From IMG/VR virus record IMGVR_UViG_3300020048_000096, positions 55,595-75,594 of that record: DNA of 20,000 nt. One strand, given 5' to 3'. A model generated the notes under the pieces. That model saw only the letters and a list, made by a program, of their open reading frames with translations. It was not told where the DNA came from and did no database searches. A program made the translations under genes and the position numbers. Shown here in pieces: positions 1 to 10,124 of the stretch. Source of the DNA: an uncultured virus (IMG/VR IMGVR_UViG_3300020048_000096). Taxonomy: Duplodnaviria; Heunggongvirae; Uroviricota; Caudoviricetes. Position 1 is the stretch's first letter. Each line of letters starts with the position of its first letter.

Positions 1-3000
1 ACGCCGGTTGACTTTACAAATCCTGTTCATTTGGATCGCGTGCAGAAGACATCTAAGAAGCAATTTAGAAGAGGAACTGCCATCGAGGAATTGACACTAC
101 GAGATTTACAAAAACTTAAAGAGTCTTTTGAACGATTTAAAGGATTGTCCGAACAAGTAAAAGAAAGATTGGCCGATAGTGATTCTGGAGTGGATGTAAC
201 AGACTTGTTTAAAAATAGTTACGGAATTTCACATGCCATCACTGGAAACTTTGAAACGAAAGAACTGATTTCCTATCTCGAAGAGGACGGGGAAATGGTG
301 CAAAGTTATAAAATTATAGATATTGACACGGGAACCATTGACACACGAAAAGTCCCATTAATTCTTCAAGGGTCTTCTGGTGCATTGTTGGGTTCTGAAA
401 TGAAAGACAGAAACATGCTATATTCAGAGGTAGCTCCTCTTGTTATCCAGAAAGATTTTCTTGCGCCTAATGAACGTATTCTTATAGGCGACAAACAGTA
501 CGACCTTACTTCTTACTTGAATTATTTAGATACGGTGTCAAACCTACGAAAGTGGACTGCAGAAAGGAAAAATTTGACGGCTACATATCTTATTACGATG
601 AAGCCTGACGGAACGATTAACCATTTGAGTTTGAATAAAAAAACAAATAGTTACGAAGGTTCTTCGATGATTACCGAAATAAACACGGTACTTGACACCA
701 TAGCTAAGTTGAATAATGGAGTCATTACAAAAGAAGATGCTATTCTAGTATTTGAAAAACTAAGTCAAAAAGAACTTCCTTTTGTAGGGGTTAAGAAAAA
801 ATACTACGCCAATCAAAATTTTGCTTACAACGACGCAAAAGGAAAGTATGAGTATGCTTTTGAGATAATATTGAAGAACGATGCTAGAGGACGAAACCTG
901 CAAGGAAAAGATTCTCATAAGTTTTTCATTTCGTCTGCGAAACTGGAAGCTGTGAGAGATATTATTACGAAAAGTGAAGAAGCCAAAATTCTAAGAGGGA
1001 CTTTCTCTACGCTAAACGTAGACTTGACTAAAGCGGATAGCGCCACCGTTGAAAAATTCATGAGTGATGCAGCAATTTTAAAAGCATCAAATCCTACAAA
1101 TCTTACATTAAAAGTATTCATGGATTCTGTGACAGTAAGGGCTCAGGAAGCATTCGCTGATTTATTTCTTACCGGAGATTTAAAGTCTGGCGTTATAGCA
1201 GAATTCATGAATAAAATGAAAAACACAAATACCGAGGCTTATGATGGTTTTATGGAAGCCACTGCTGGTAAAAATACGATAACAGGAGTGGAGTCACCAG
1301 GAGGTCAGGCCCACTTGTTGGCCTATGAGGTTGTGAAAAGAGGAAGCGAAGTAAGAAGGGTACACAAGGTTATTAATAATCAAAACAGTGAAAACAATGT
1401 TGGCAATTACAAGGTAAGGGACACGATTCCTTCGCGTGAAAAAATTCATATAACCCTACCCGTTTTAAGAGACGAGATTTTTAACAAGCCACTTAGTGCA
1501 GAAGTTATAAAATCCGCACAAGTAAAAGAAACTGCAGTAGCTGAAGTATTACAAGAAGTTGAAAAGCCGGAAACTTCCTCAAGAAACATAGGATTAATTA
1601 AGAAAAAAAACTCAAATAGAGAGGTATTTTCTATTGAAGAATCTTCTGAGAACGTAGAGCTTGGTACTGAAAAGCAACTAAACGATTCAATTAAATGGGT
1701 ACGGGATAAGGTTCCTCAGTTTAAAATATCAGAACAAGACCTTTCTCAATTGTTAAACGAAATAGGGGTGGACGGTGTTTTGCTTGGGATGTTCATGGAT
1801 AAAATGATATACCTAAACAAGTCGATAAACTCTAAAGGTGTTGTGTATCACGAAGCTTTTCACGGAGTATTCAGGCATTTGCTAAATGCAAAACAGCGTG
1901 CAGTACTTATCGGTCGTGTTAAAAAAGACAAACGTTACAGCTCGCGTTTTACAAGCGCTGAAGTAAATAATTTCGCTAAGAGAAGAAACCTTGTCGAAAC
2001 AAATGAGCGTTTGCAGGAACTGATAGCAGAAGAAATACTTGCTGAAGGATTTCAAAAGTTCATGAATGACGGTGTTAAGCCTTCTCAGAGCTGGTTCAAA
2101 CGTTTTGTGGAGATGCTTAAAAATCTACTAAAAGGTATTTTGAAAAACCAGGATGAAATCACGCAGTTGTACAGTAATATTTCAAAAGGTTATTACAAGA
2201 ATGCTCAAGTGGTTTCCGAAACAAATCCTGGAGAAAAAGCCTTTGAGTTATTAAATACCAGACTTCGTATGGTAGTGGACGAGAAAGGAGAAATAGAACC
2301 AGTCAACGGAACCATAGACCCTTCTGACCAAAGGCAGATGACCTACTTTTTGACAGAGCGTATATTGAATGCCAACAAGTATGAAATGGTAGGAGATGAG
2401 CGAAAGTCAATTCCATTGCGTACACTATTTGACAAAGCCCGTAAGGAAATTGCAACAACTATCTACAACGTAGATACGATGATTGCTAACAATCCCGGAA
2501 AAGAAGTTATTATTAAAGATAGGTTCGAAATAGGACATGGAGACATTTCAGCATTGCTGATGTACGGATTTCCAGACACGATGATTAAAGGGTTGGATTT
2601 CGCGTCTACAGGAAGGACTGAAGCCGACCTTTATTATGAAGAAGATGAATTGATGGCCGAATCTTTAGAGGTGCTCTATGAGCAGGTGAAGACGTTATTG
2701 CGTCACGTTATTCCAAGTGAGATTTCAAAAGCGGAAAACGACACCGAAGATACCATGATCAATGAGGACATTACGGAAGAGCTTGGAACTGTTGAAGGTA
2801 AAAAGTCTTCTGACAACGACCAGTTCTTCAACATTAATAACATAGACGGGATGTCAAACGAGATGCGTCGTTTCTTGTCACTGACAGCTTTTGAGTATCA
2901 TGATGAAATGCACGACATCAAGTACACCAAGATGGTGGACGGATCTACAATTTTCAATACCTTAATGAAGATAACTTCCGACAATCACTTTATGGATATT

Positions 3001-6000
3001 ATTCCGATGATTGGATTGTCTGTAGAAAATCGTAAGTATGACGGTTATATCAATGAGGCCAATGAGTTAGAGGCTGTCTATAAAAAGATAAATGAGCAGG
3101 TATATATTCCTGTAATGGCCGGGACAGCAAACACTGACCAGATATTATTATTCAACCAGATTACTGATGTTTTTCACAACATGGAATTGGATGTTGTAAA
3201 AACAGTACAGAATAAAAAGATAGGAGATAACAGCGTTGGAATCTACGGAAAGTCTGAAGAGATATTAACAAAGAAAGATGTTGATAACAGCCTTCAAACA
3301 TTGTTGGACAATTTAAGGTCTACTTATAAAACAAAGAAAGACGTTGTAGAAATTCAACAAGAGGACGACAAAGAGGTAAGTGTAAATCCTTACCTTGACA
3401 ATATTGCAAACATGAATAATCCTTTGAGTCGTATCGCTGATTCTAAGGAAGGCGTAAGTATTTTAGGGACAGACATATACGAACAAGAAGCTGCCTTAAA
3501 CAGATTGGTAGACAACCTACAAGAAAAGTTCAAAAAATTAGGTTTGATAATACCTAAGTCATTATTGCGATTTTCAATTATAGCCATCGACGTTCAGGAA
3601 AACAAACTGGAATTGGTTTCTGATACTGCCGTATACGACTTGTATCAAGCGTCTTCTCAATTTGCAAGAAATAAACAATTCTTAGAGAAGGACTTCTTTG
3701 TAGAACTTAAAGGATTGATATCACGTATATCAAGTGGGCAATCAATGTCGGCATCAGGACAGGTGAGTATTTTTGATATGAACAGCCAGGCCAACAATAA
3801 GATGTTTGCTATTCTGAGAAGTGCCCTTGTGTATGTAGTGAAGTTTGACCCAAGTAATCCAGGTTCTGTTGTAGAAACTCCAGAAGGAAAACCAGTGTAC
3901 CGATACGTAAAATATACCCCTGCCGCTTTAATGTTGCAGGATGTAGAGCGATTAGGTTTAAAAAAGGCATTGGAACTATCTGTGTTACACGATGACTACT
4001 TATCTGATTTTTTCAATGATAATCCAATGTTAAAAGATGCAATGGCAGAAGCCGTTGTAGTTGAAGATGAAGCGAAGATGAAGGAGATTCTGACAATGAT
4101 GACCTACATGGACAACATGAAGTTTCAGATCTATTCCGGAATGGAATACAAAGAAGACGGTGTTACCGACTCTGCAACAAACTTTGGAAAATTAGGACTA
4201 TCTGAAATAGTGGATGCTCAGATTACAATGTTCTTAGACCGTAGAAACAATACAAAAGAAATTAAACTTATTGAAGGAACCGGCGCAAACCAAAAAGTTG
4301 TTAGAAAACAAGGAGGTGTAGTTACATTTCCACGATTCTTAACGCAAAACGAAGCCTCTCAAACGATGATGATGGTATCGGCGAGATACTTCAACTTCTA
4401 TGCTAATTCAGATGACAACAGGCACTCTCCTTCGGATGTAATGATGAGTTCTGTAATACAAGAATACAACAGAATATCAAGAGAGTGGAGCAATTTCGAC
4501 AGAAGGGTTGAAGAGAGAAAGGCGGGTCATAATAGGATGATGTTAAATTACAATGCCACCCGTGAAAAAGACTCAAGAAACTTAGAAACTAACAAAGAAA
4601 ACATCAAAGAACTAAGAGCTTATCAATTCAACACGTTAAGCGACATGTTTAGAACTGGAAAAAAGGCCAATAGTAAAACAAGCAAAGAGGACAGGATAAT
4701 GATACAGTTTAGAGACCGTTTGCTTTTGGCAGCTCGTGGGGAAAAAGACGGTATTGCACAAGGTACTCAATGGAACGAACTCCCTGCTGATTTCAGAAAG
4801 CTTTTGGAAAAAGAACTAAAAGGAAATCTCGCAACATATAATGCGATGGCCTATAACAACTTTAAAAAGCAACTTGTTAAAAGCGGGAAGCTAGAGAACA
4901 GTATAGACCCTCGTACCAAAAATCCTACCATTAAAATTAAAGGGTTACAACATGCAATGACGCAAGACTTTAAATCCTACAATTTGCATGAAAAAGGAAG
5001 TCTCAGTGTATATCCAAATCAAGAAGCCTTTTTGAAAGATTTCTTTTTCAATTACCAAGTAAACTCCATGTTCTTTAACCAGATTATAGACGGAGACATT
5101 GCGCTCTCTATTGAAAACTCTACAGATTATTACAAGAGGGCTAAGAGTTTGGTTGCATCTGGCTCTACCGCAAAAAAAGGTGTTTTTAACCTTGCGATTG
5201 TTGACAATCTTAGGCTTTATATGGACAAAGGAGGCGCTACATCTGATAATGTAGGATTGATAGAAGGTGGTCAGTATGACAGTATCAACGAGCTTGAAAA
5301 AAGAATAGAAAAATCTGAAATTGCAAGGAGTATTTTAGAAAGAGTACCAGGAAGAGAAGCCAGGGTTCTTGAGCTAACAGCGAAGATTGAACTTTTAAAA
5401 CAGACTCTTGAAAATTTACAAACAAGAAGTCCAAAACACACATCCGAAGACGTATTTGACGGACAGGCAATAACCTCTGTGTTGTACAGAATGGATATGA
5501 TGGAAGACAGAGGGCTTCTTTCTGAGAACGTAAAGCAAATATTTCTTGCTTCGTTGTATAGAAGAATTACTTCTGAAGAAGCAGAGATATTAAAATCTTC
5601 TGGAGCATTGTTAAACTCACAAAAAACAGTGTACGCTTCCAGAGAATTTTACATCAAGGAATCCGAAACGCATATCAATAGATTAGACGTTAGCAGACTT
5701 GCTGATGGTGTTTCTCAATCGGCCGCAAACGTGATTCTTAAAAGAGCGTATGATAATATTTATAAACTGCGTGCTGAGAACAGAAATATCGAAGACACTA
5801 AGGGAAGGATTTATCAGAAGAATGAGGAAACCATAGGTCTTATATTTGACAGAGACATCAAACCTTTATGGGTGGCAAAACCACATAAGGAAATACTCCA
5901 CGATATTTTAAATTCGATGGAGTATCATAATACGGATATGTTGACCGACCCTAACGCTACTAAAAAAACGATTTTGTTTCCTTCGTCAATCGCTGAGAAA

Positions 6001-9000
6001 GAAGGAGATTACATTACACTTAATCGAAGTACGATTAAACTACCAATGAACTTTATGTTTACCCAGGTGGAAACGAGTGGCGTAAAAGATATTGTGACAG
6101 CAGGGATACAAAGCATATTTTTATTACCTGCGGATATTATATTGTTAGAAACTTCTATTCTGGCAGACCTTGAGCAAACAAATCCCGAACAAGCTGTAGA
6201 GATGAGAACTGCGATGGATTCTTTGAAGAAAGATGTCGATGCTTACTTCGATACAATGGGTGATGTTACTTCTGAAAGAAAAAACAAAATGCTTAAAATG
6301 CACCGTGACAAAAACGGTGATTTGAAAATAGGTAAGATGATAGATGCAATCCGTAAAGAATTGCAAGGACAAGAATCTGATAGCAACACCTTGAAGTTTT
6401 TTGAAACGGACGTTAATGGAGATCCTAAATTCAACGTGAACTTACCTGTGTTACGCAAAATGTTCCAGTATCACTTTTACTCACACTACTCTAAAGAAGT
6501 ATTTTCTGAGAAAACTGCTGGTTCAAAGTATATCCATGCAAGTAGTTTTGGACATAAAATTATAGAGGACATGCTTACAGGTGAAATCATAAGCTCCAAA
6601 GAGTATGATGCCAATCCGGAGTCATACGAAAACAATTCAAGATATCTTTTTCGTTACCCGGAAATTACAACGGAGATAGACGAGCAAGGAAGGACTGTTT
6701 ATATTGTTGAAGCAATTGTTCCTCGTCCTTATTTTAAAACAGAGCAGGAAGAGGAACTTTGGTTAAACGAACTGAACAAAATGTTTGGTACCAGAATACC
6801 AACAGAGGATAAGCGATCAATGATTGCTTTTAAAATAGTGGATTTCATTGATGGCTCCTATGCGAACACTATTATACTTCCTCAAGCTGTGCATTTACTA
6901 GCTGGTTCGGATTTTGATGTAGATACGCTTTACGCACATGCGTATGCTTATTATAAAGATATTACAGGAAATTATCACAAGTACGGTTCTACCACATACT
7001 ACAATTTGGAAGATACGACACCTGAAATGGTTCGTTTTTCTGAAACGGTACATGAGGCTATGACTGATAAAGGCTATAAGGTTGCTATTGAAAAGGCCAA
7101 AGAAGACTTGAAAAAACGAAAGGTAGATGTTGATGGCAACTTTACCTTTGAGCAGTTTACGCCGGCGGACCAATTTATGAGGTTGATGAACCTTAATGCT
7201 ATGGCTGAAATGAAAGTGTACATCCAGGACGCACAAGAGAATTTCAAAAGACTGGAAGAGTTAAAGGCAGAACAGCAATCAGCTTATGACGCTCACGTTT
7301 TATTCATAGAGCAAAACCCAGAAGACATAGAAAATCCTGTTGTAAAAAATCAGAGAAAGTCTAATAGTAAAGAACTCAGAGAAGCAAAGGAAATGACCGA
7401 TGCGTTAGAACTTCAAATGGAAAAAGTATATGATGGAAAAAGCCTAAAAGATTTCCAAGGTATTTACAATCGTTTTTTTAACACATACATCAGCGTAACG
7501 GCTACCCTGCAAGCAATGGCTGAAAGAGGCGTGCCGGTAACGCTTGCGGAACATGTTCAAAAACCTTCAATAGCAATCAAGCGTGCTCAAAATGCCCACT
7601 TGGATTCTAAGTTAAAAATACTTTCGAGCAAGTTGGTATTTGACCATCTTTACAAGAATGAAAGAACCAGTACTGTATTTTTTAAGAATATTGCTAACAC
7701 CACTTTAGGCAGAGACACCGAATCCAACGCCGCACTGTATAATACATTTTCATTTAGTGGTGTGATAAACGCCAACTTAGGAAACACTGTTGGAAAACAG
7801 GGTATTGAAATTACAGCAGCATATAACAAATTCTTAGGACTGGCATCTTCTTACGGGTTGGTACTAAAGCCAGAAGAAGTTATTTGGTTTTTAGATGATC
7901 CTGATGGTATAAGAAAACACTTCGACAAATTTGGTGGAGATAAATCAATGCGTTCCATTGAATATGTAGGAAATATTTTAGGGATGTTTGCGGATAACGC
8001 CAAGGACCCAATTCCTGTATTACTTGGATTGAATGATGTAAACTTGAATACCACTGCTTCTATGATAGGTATCGGAGTAGATCCTACAATGGCAATCCTT
8101 ATGAATCACCTTTCAAGTATGAAACGCGCTGTAGAAAAAGTACAAGGATCTGTCATTAGCGGAAAAGCGTCTATTACTTACAGCAATGCATTACAGGCAG
8201 AACAGAACGAATTCCTGAAAGCTCCTAAAGGAATGAAAAATGAATTAGCAAAAGAACTTGCTATTTTAAAACTGACTTACGGGGAATCAACGTCATTGGA
8301 TAAAAAATGGAGAGAAAAAGTTTTCATTTCTTTCACAGCACCTAAAGGAACTCGTGAGAATCCTGCACTAAATCCAGAAGAAAAACTAACACCAGAGATG
8401 TTAGGGTTTACCGTAAGAATGGCAGACGGGATGGATCTTTCAGAGAATGCCCAGGAGTATTTGTTATTAGAAATGTACAGATTGCAGACGCTGCAAGGAT
8501 ATGAAATATCAAAGGCCGGAAGTGTCATAGGACTTATGAGCACCGTGAAACCATCACATGAACAAATTGAAAAGTATGACGCTGCATTAACAAGTATGAA
8601 AGACAATACTTCTGTGTTTATTAATAGCGATTTATTGTTTGTAGGAAATTCTTCTTTCAATAGCTTGCGGTTAGTAGTGGATGATTTAATGGAACAGTCT
8701 TCTAAAATATTTACAGCACTGAATCCTTCTTTTAAAGGATTGCACGGAGCGTTTAAAAACTTGGTAAAAGACCAGGAGACCTTATCTGACATTCTTGTTG
8801 CCACTATTATTTTAAACAAAGCAGAAGAAGCGGCCAGAAAACCAACCGCCAATAAAGACCTTCAGTTTTTAAATGACATGTATCTTGAGATGCTACGCCC
8901 TGAATACTGGTTTGGATACAGCAGTGATCCGTCAAAATTTGACACTCTTGAAACATTGTATGACGAACTTTCTGAGAAGTATCCTAACAATGCTTTTGTG

Positions 9001-10101
9001 AATGCTATTTATTTAAAAAGCAAACGAGATGCAATCACATCTACTGAGGCTGCTTACAGAGAAACCAATAGAGAGGGAGAATATTTCAAGACCTATGATG
9101 TATTGGAAATACCAAGCAGAGCAAAAAAAGGACCAGATCAGATGGAAATGTTAAATGACGGTTTTAATTCATTGTTATATCATCCTGATGACAAGAGAAC
9201 AAGATTGATAGCAAAGGTTTTATTTAGACATGAAATGATACGTACTGGACTGGGATTGATACCTAACAGATACATACAACATGTAAATACCGATTTGTTT
9301 TTGCCAATCAATGGATTCTTAGAATCTTTCATGAAAGACGCCGGAGCTTATAATGTATTGGATGCTGTGGGAAAACAGAACAACGACGAAACGTCTGGCG
9401 CAACAATGCTTAACGTTTACAGAAAGCTGATTTCGAATAGTATTCAAACAAATCCGAAGGCTATTCCTTCTGTAAACACAATCACCGTTCAGAATCCAAT
9501 AGCGTTTAATCACGTATTTGACCTTGCGAAGAATGATTACGTAGCGGAAGATACTGAAAATTTGACAAAGATTTTTATGAATCTTGGTGGTAAAACAGTG
9601 AACGCCATGCCGGAACAAGCAACGTTAAACTTTTCAAATCCATTTTTAAACAACGAAGAAGGAAACGAAATAGGAAAATCCCTGAAGGTATTAGCAAAAA
9701 AGCTGGGAATTTCTCAAATTATTAGCGGAGTCGATAATGCTGAAACGTTTTCTTTCCCTCCAATATTAGGGATTAAAGAAGGAAAAAATATTATACACTA
9801 TTACAAAGTTGAAAGCATTGATGGAAAATCCATAGGAGAGCTTTTAACAGACGCTCTTCATTACAGTGATGGCAAAGAATTTAACGGAAGTAAAGTGACC
9901 TATACGCTTATCCAGAATAGCGAGAGATTGAGAAGTATGAGTACAAATGCTTTTAGTTTAACAGAAATTGCAAAGTTCGAAAGAATAGCGAACGGAATAG
10001 AAATACCCGAATCAAAAACATCAGATATAAAACTTAGAAACATCGGAACAGAAGCTTCTCTAAAAGCATTGGGCAACAATGAGGCAGAAAAATCTTGTTA
10101 A
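1..10101 (+). CDS. Giant virion-packaged DNA-dependent RNA polymerase (single-chain two-barrel, crAss/phi14:2 gp66-like) fused to a zincin domain; 5'-truncated
   Basis: The frame is open from base 1 (acg ccg gtt gac ttt aca aat cct gtt cat ttg), so TTG at 31 is probably not the real start. Motifs in the expected order: DYYKR, FDGQ (DGQ 5458-5466), conserved-looking Lys at 5623 and 5656, GTRIPTEDKRSM (R at 6793), GSDFDVD (DFDVD 6910-6924), GKQGIEITA (from 7792) and FADNAKDP (DNAKDP 7993-8010). HEAFH lies at 1849-1863. Confidence 0.92.
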   Translation, partial: TPVDFTNPVHLDRVQKTSKKQFRRGTAIEELTLRDLQKLKESFERFKGLSEQVKERLADSDSGVDVTDLFKNSYGISHAITGNFETKELISYLEEDGEMVQSYKIIDIDTGTIDTRKVPLILQGSSGALLGSEMKDRNMLYSEVAPLVIQKDFLAPNERILIGDKQYDLTSYLNYLDTVSNLRKWTAERKNLTATYLITMKPDGTINHLSLNKKTNSYEGSSMITEINTVLDTIAKLNNGVITKEDAILVFEKLSQKELPFVGVKKKYYANQNFAYNDAKGKYEYAFEIILKNDARGRNLQGKDSHKFFISSAKLEAVRDIITKSEEAKILRGTFSTLNVDLTKADSATVEKFMSDAAILKASNPTNLTLKVFMDSVTVRAQEAFADLFLTGDLKSGVIAEFMNKMKNTNTEAYDGFMEATAGKNTITGVESPGGQAHLLAYEVVKRGSEVRRVHKVINNQNSENNVGNYKVRDTIPSREKIHITLPVLRDEIFNKPLSAEVIKSAQVKETAVAEVLQEVEKPETSSRNIGLIKKKNSNREVFSIEESSENVELGTEKQLNDSIKWVRDKVPQFKISEQDLSQLLNEIGVDGVLLGMFMDKMIYLNKSINSKGVVYHEAFHGVFRHLLNAKQRAVLIGRVKKDKRYSSRFTSAEVNNFAKRRNLVETNERLQELIAEEILAEGFQKFMNDGVKPSQSWFKRFVEMLKNLLKGILKNQDEITQLYSNISKGYYKNAQVVSETNPGEKAFELLNTRLRMVVDEKGEIEPVNGTIDPSDQRQMTYFLTERILNANKYEMVGDERKSIPLRTLFDKARKEIATTIYNVDTMIANNPGKEVIIKDRFEIGHGDISALLMYGFPDTMIKGLDFASTGRTEADLYYEEDELMAESLEVLYEQVKTLLRHVIPSEISKAENDTEDTMINEDITEELGTVEGKKSSDNDQFFNINNIDGMSNEMRRFLSLTAFEYHDEMHDIKYTKMVDGSTIFNTLMKITSDNHFMDIIPMIGLSVENRKYDGYINEANELEAVYKKINEQVYIPVMAGTANTDQILLFNQITDVFHNMELDVVKTVQNKKIGDNSVGIYGKSEEILTKKDVDNSLQTLLDNLRSTYKTKKDVVEIQQEDDKEVSVNPYLDNIANMNNPLSRIADSKEGVSILGTDIYEQEAALNRLVDNLQEKFKKLGLIIPKSLLRFSIIAIDVQENKLELVSDTAVYDLYQASSQFARNKQFLEKDFFVELKGLISRISSGQSMSASGQVSIFDMNSQANNKMFAILRSALVYVVKFDPSNPGSVVETPEGKPVYRYVKYTPAALMLQDVERLGLKKALELSVLHDDYLSDFFNDNPMLKDAMAEAVVVEDEAKMKEILTMMTYMDNMKFQIYSGMEYKEDGVTDSATNFGKLGLSEIVDAQITMFLDRRNNTKEIKLIEGTGANQKVVRKQGGVVTFPRFLTQNEASQTMMMVSARYFNFYANSDDNRHSPSDVMMSSVIQEYNRISREWSNFDRRVEERKAGHNRMMLNYNATREKDSRNLETNKENIKELRAYQFNTLSDMFRTGKKANSKTSKEDRIMIQFRDRLLLAARGEKDGIAQGTQWNELPADFRKLLEKELKGNLATYNAMAYNNFKKQLVKSGKLENSIDPRTKNPTIKIKGLQHAMTQDFKSYNLHEKGSLSVYPNQEAFLKDFFFNYQVNSMFFNQIIDGDIALSIENSTDYYKRAKSLVASGSTAKKGVFNLAIVDNLRLYMDKGGATSDNVGLIEGGQYDSINELEKRIEKSEIARSILERVPGREARVLELTAKIELLKQTLENLQTRSPKHTSEDVFDGQAITSVLYRMDMMEDRGLLSENVKQIFLASLYRRITSEEAEILKSSGALLNSQKTVYASREFYIKESETHINRLDVSRLADGVSQSAANVILKRAYDNIYKLRAENRNIEDTKGRIYQKNEETIGLIFDRDIKPLWVAKPHKEILHDILNSMEYHNTDMLTDPNATKKTILFPSSIAEKEGDYITLNRSTIKLPMNFMFTQVETSGVKDIVTAGIQSIFLLPADIILLETSILADLEQTNPEQAVEMRTAMDSLKKDVDAYFDTMGDVTSERKNKMLKMHRDKNGDLKIGKMIDAIRKELQGQESDSNTLKFFETDVNGDPKFNVNLPVLRKMFQYHFYSHYSKEVFSEKTAGSKYIHASSFGHKIIEDMLTGEIISSKEYDANPESYENNSRYLFRYPEITTEIDEQGRTVYIVEAIVPRPYFKTEQEEELWLNELNKMFGTRIPTEDKRSMIAFKIVDFIDGSYANTIILPQAVHLLAGSDFDVDTLYAHAYAYYKDITGNYHKYGSTTYYNLEDTTPEMVRFSETVHEAMTDKGYKVAIEKAKEDLKKRKVDVDGNFTFEQFTPADQFMRLMNLNAMAEMKVYIQDAQENFKRLEELKAEQQSAYDAHVLFIEQNPEDIENPVVKNQRKSNSKELREAKEMTDALELQMEKVYDGKSLKDFQGIYNRFFNTYISVTATLQAMAERGVPVTLAEHVQKPSIAIKRAQNAHLDSKLKILSSKLVFDHLYKNERTSTVFFKNIANTTLGRDTESNAALYNTFSFSGVINANLGNTVGKQGIEITAAYNKFLGLASSYGLVLKPEEVIWFLDDPDGIRKHFDKFGGDKSMRSIEYVGNILGMFADNAKDPIPVLLGLNDVNLNTTASMIGIGVDPTMAILMNHLSSMKRAVEKVQGSVISGKASITYSNALQAEQNEFLKAPKGMKNELAKELAILKLTYGESTSLDKKWREKVFISFTAPKGTRENPALNPEEKLTPEMLGFTVRMADGMDLSENAQEYLLLEMYRLQTLQGYEISKAGSVIGLMSTVKPSHEQIEKYDAALTSMKDNTSVFINSDLLFVGNSSFNSLRLVVDDLMEQSSKIFTALNPSFKGLHGAFKNLVKDQETLSDILVATIILNKAEEAARKPTANKDLQFLNDMYLEMLRPEYWFGYSSDPSKFDTLETLYDELSEKYPNNAFVNAIYLKSKRDAITSTEAAYRETNREGEYFKTYDVLEIPSRAKKGPDQMEMLNDGFNSLLYHPDDKRTRLIAKVLFRHEMIRTGLGLIPNRYIQHVNTDLFLPINGFLESFMKDAGAYNVLDAVGKQNNDETSGATMLNVYRKLISNSIQTNPKAIPSVNTITVQNPIAFNHVFDLAKNDYVAEDTENLTKIFMNLGGKTVNAMPEQATLNFSNPFLNNEEGNEIGKSLKVLAKKLGISQIISGVDNAETFSFPPILGIKEGKNIIHYYKVESIDGKSIGELLTDALHYSDGKEFNGSKVTYTLIQNSERLRSMSTNAFSLTEIAKFERIANGIEIPESKTSDIKLRNIGTEASLKALGNNEAEKSC
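1849..2136 (+). other. Zincin-like metallopeptidase core within ORF1, catalytic motif intact
   Basis: HEAFH (1849-1863), downstream EEILAE (2029-2046) supplying the third ligand, then an amphipathic helix SWFKRFVEMLKNLLKG. It is preceded by a G-x-F...IYL strand. Confidence 0.85.
6793..6924 (+). other. RNAP catalytic double-psi beta-barrel: RIP motif and Mg-binding DxDxD loop (DFDVD)
   Basis: RIPTEDKRSM...IILP...LAGSDFDVDTLY. A hydrophobic residue replaces the Gly of cellular DFDGD, as in the DFDID motif of phi14:2 gp66 and crAss-like RNAPs. Confidence 0.92.
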
Positions 10102-10124
10102 GGTAAATAAAACAAAACCAAACT

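Noticed and set aside
31..33. TTG at 31 as the ORF1 start
   Set aside because: The frame is open to base 1 and there is no A-rich leader like those at the other starts, so the gene probably begins upstream of the window.
6910..6924. Cellular RNAP beta-prime (rpoC) or N4/T7-type polymerase
   Set aside because: The motif is GSDFDVD rather than NADFDGD, there are no Cys zinc sites, and no T7-like motifs were seen.
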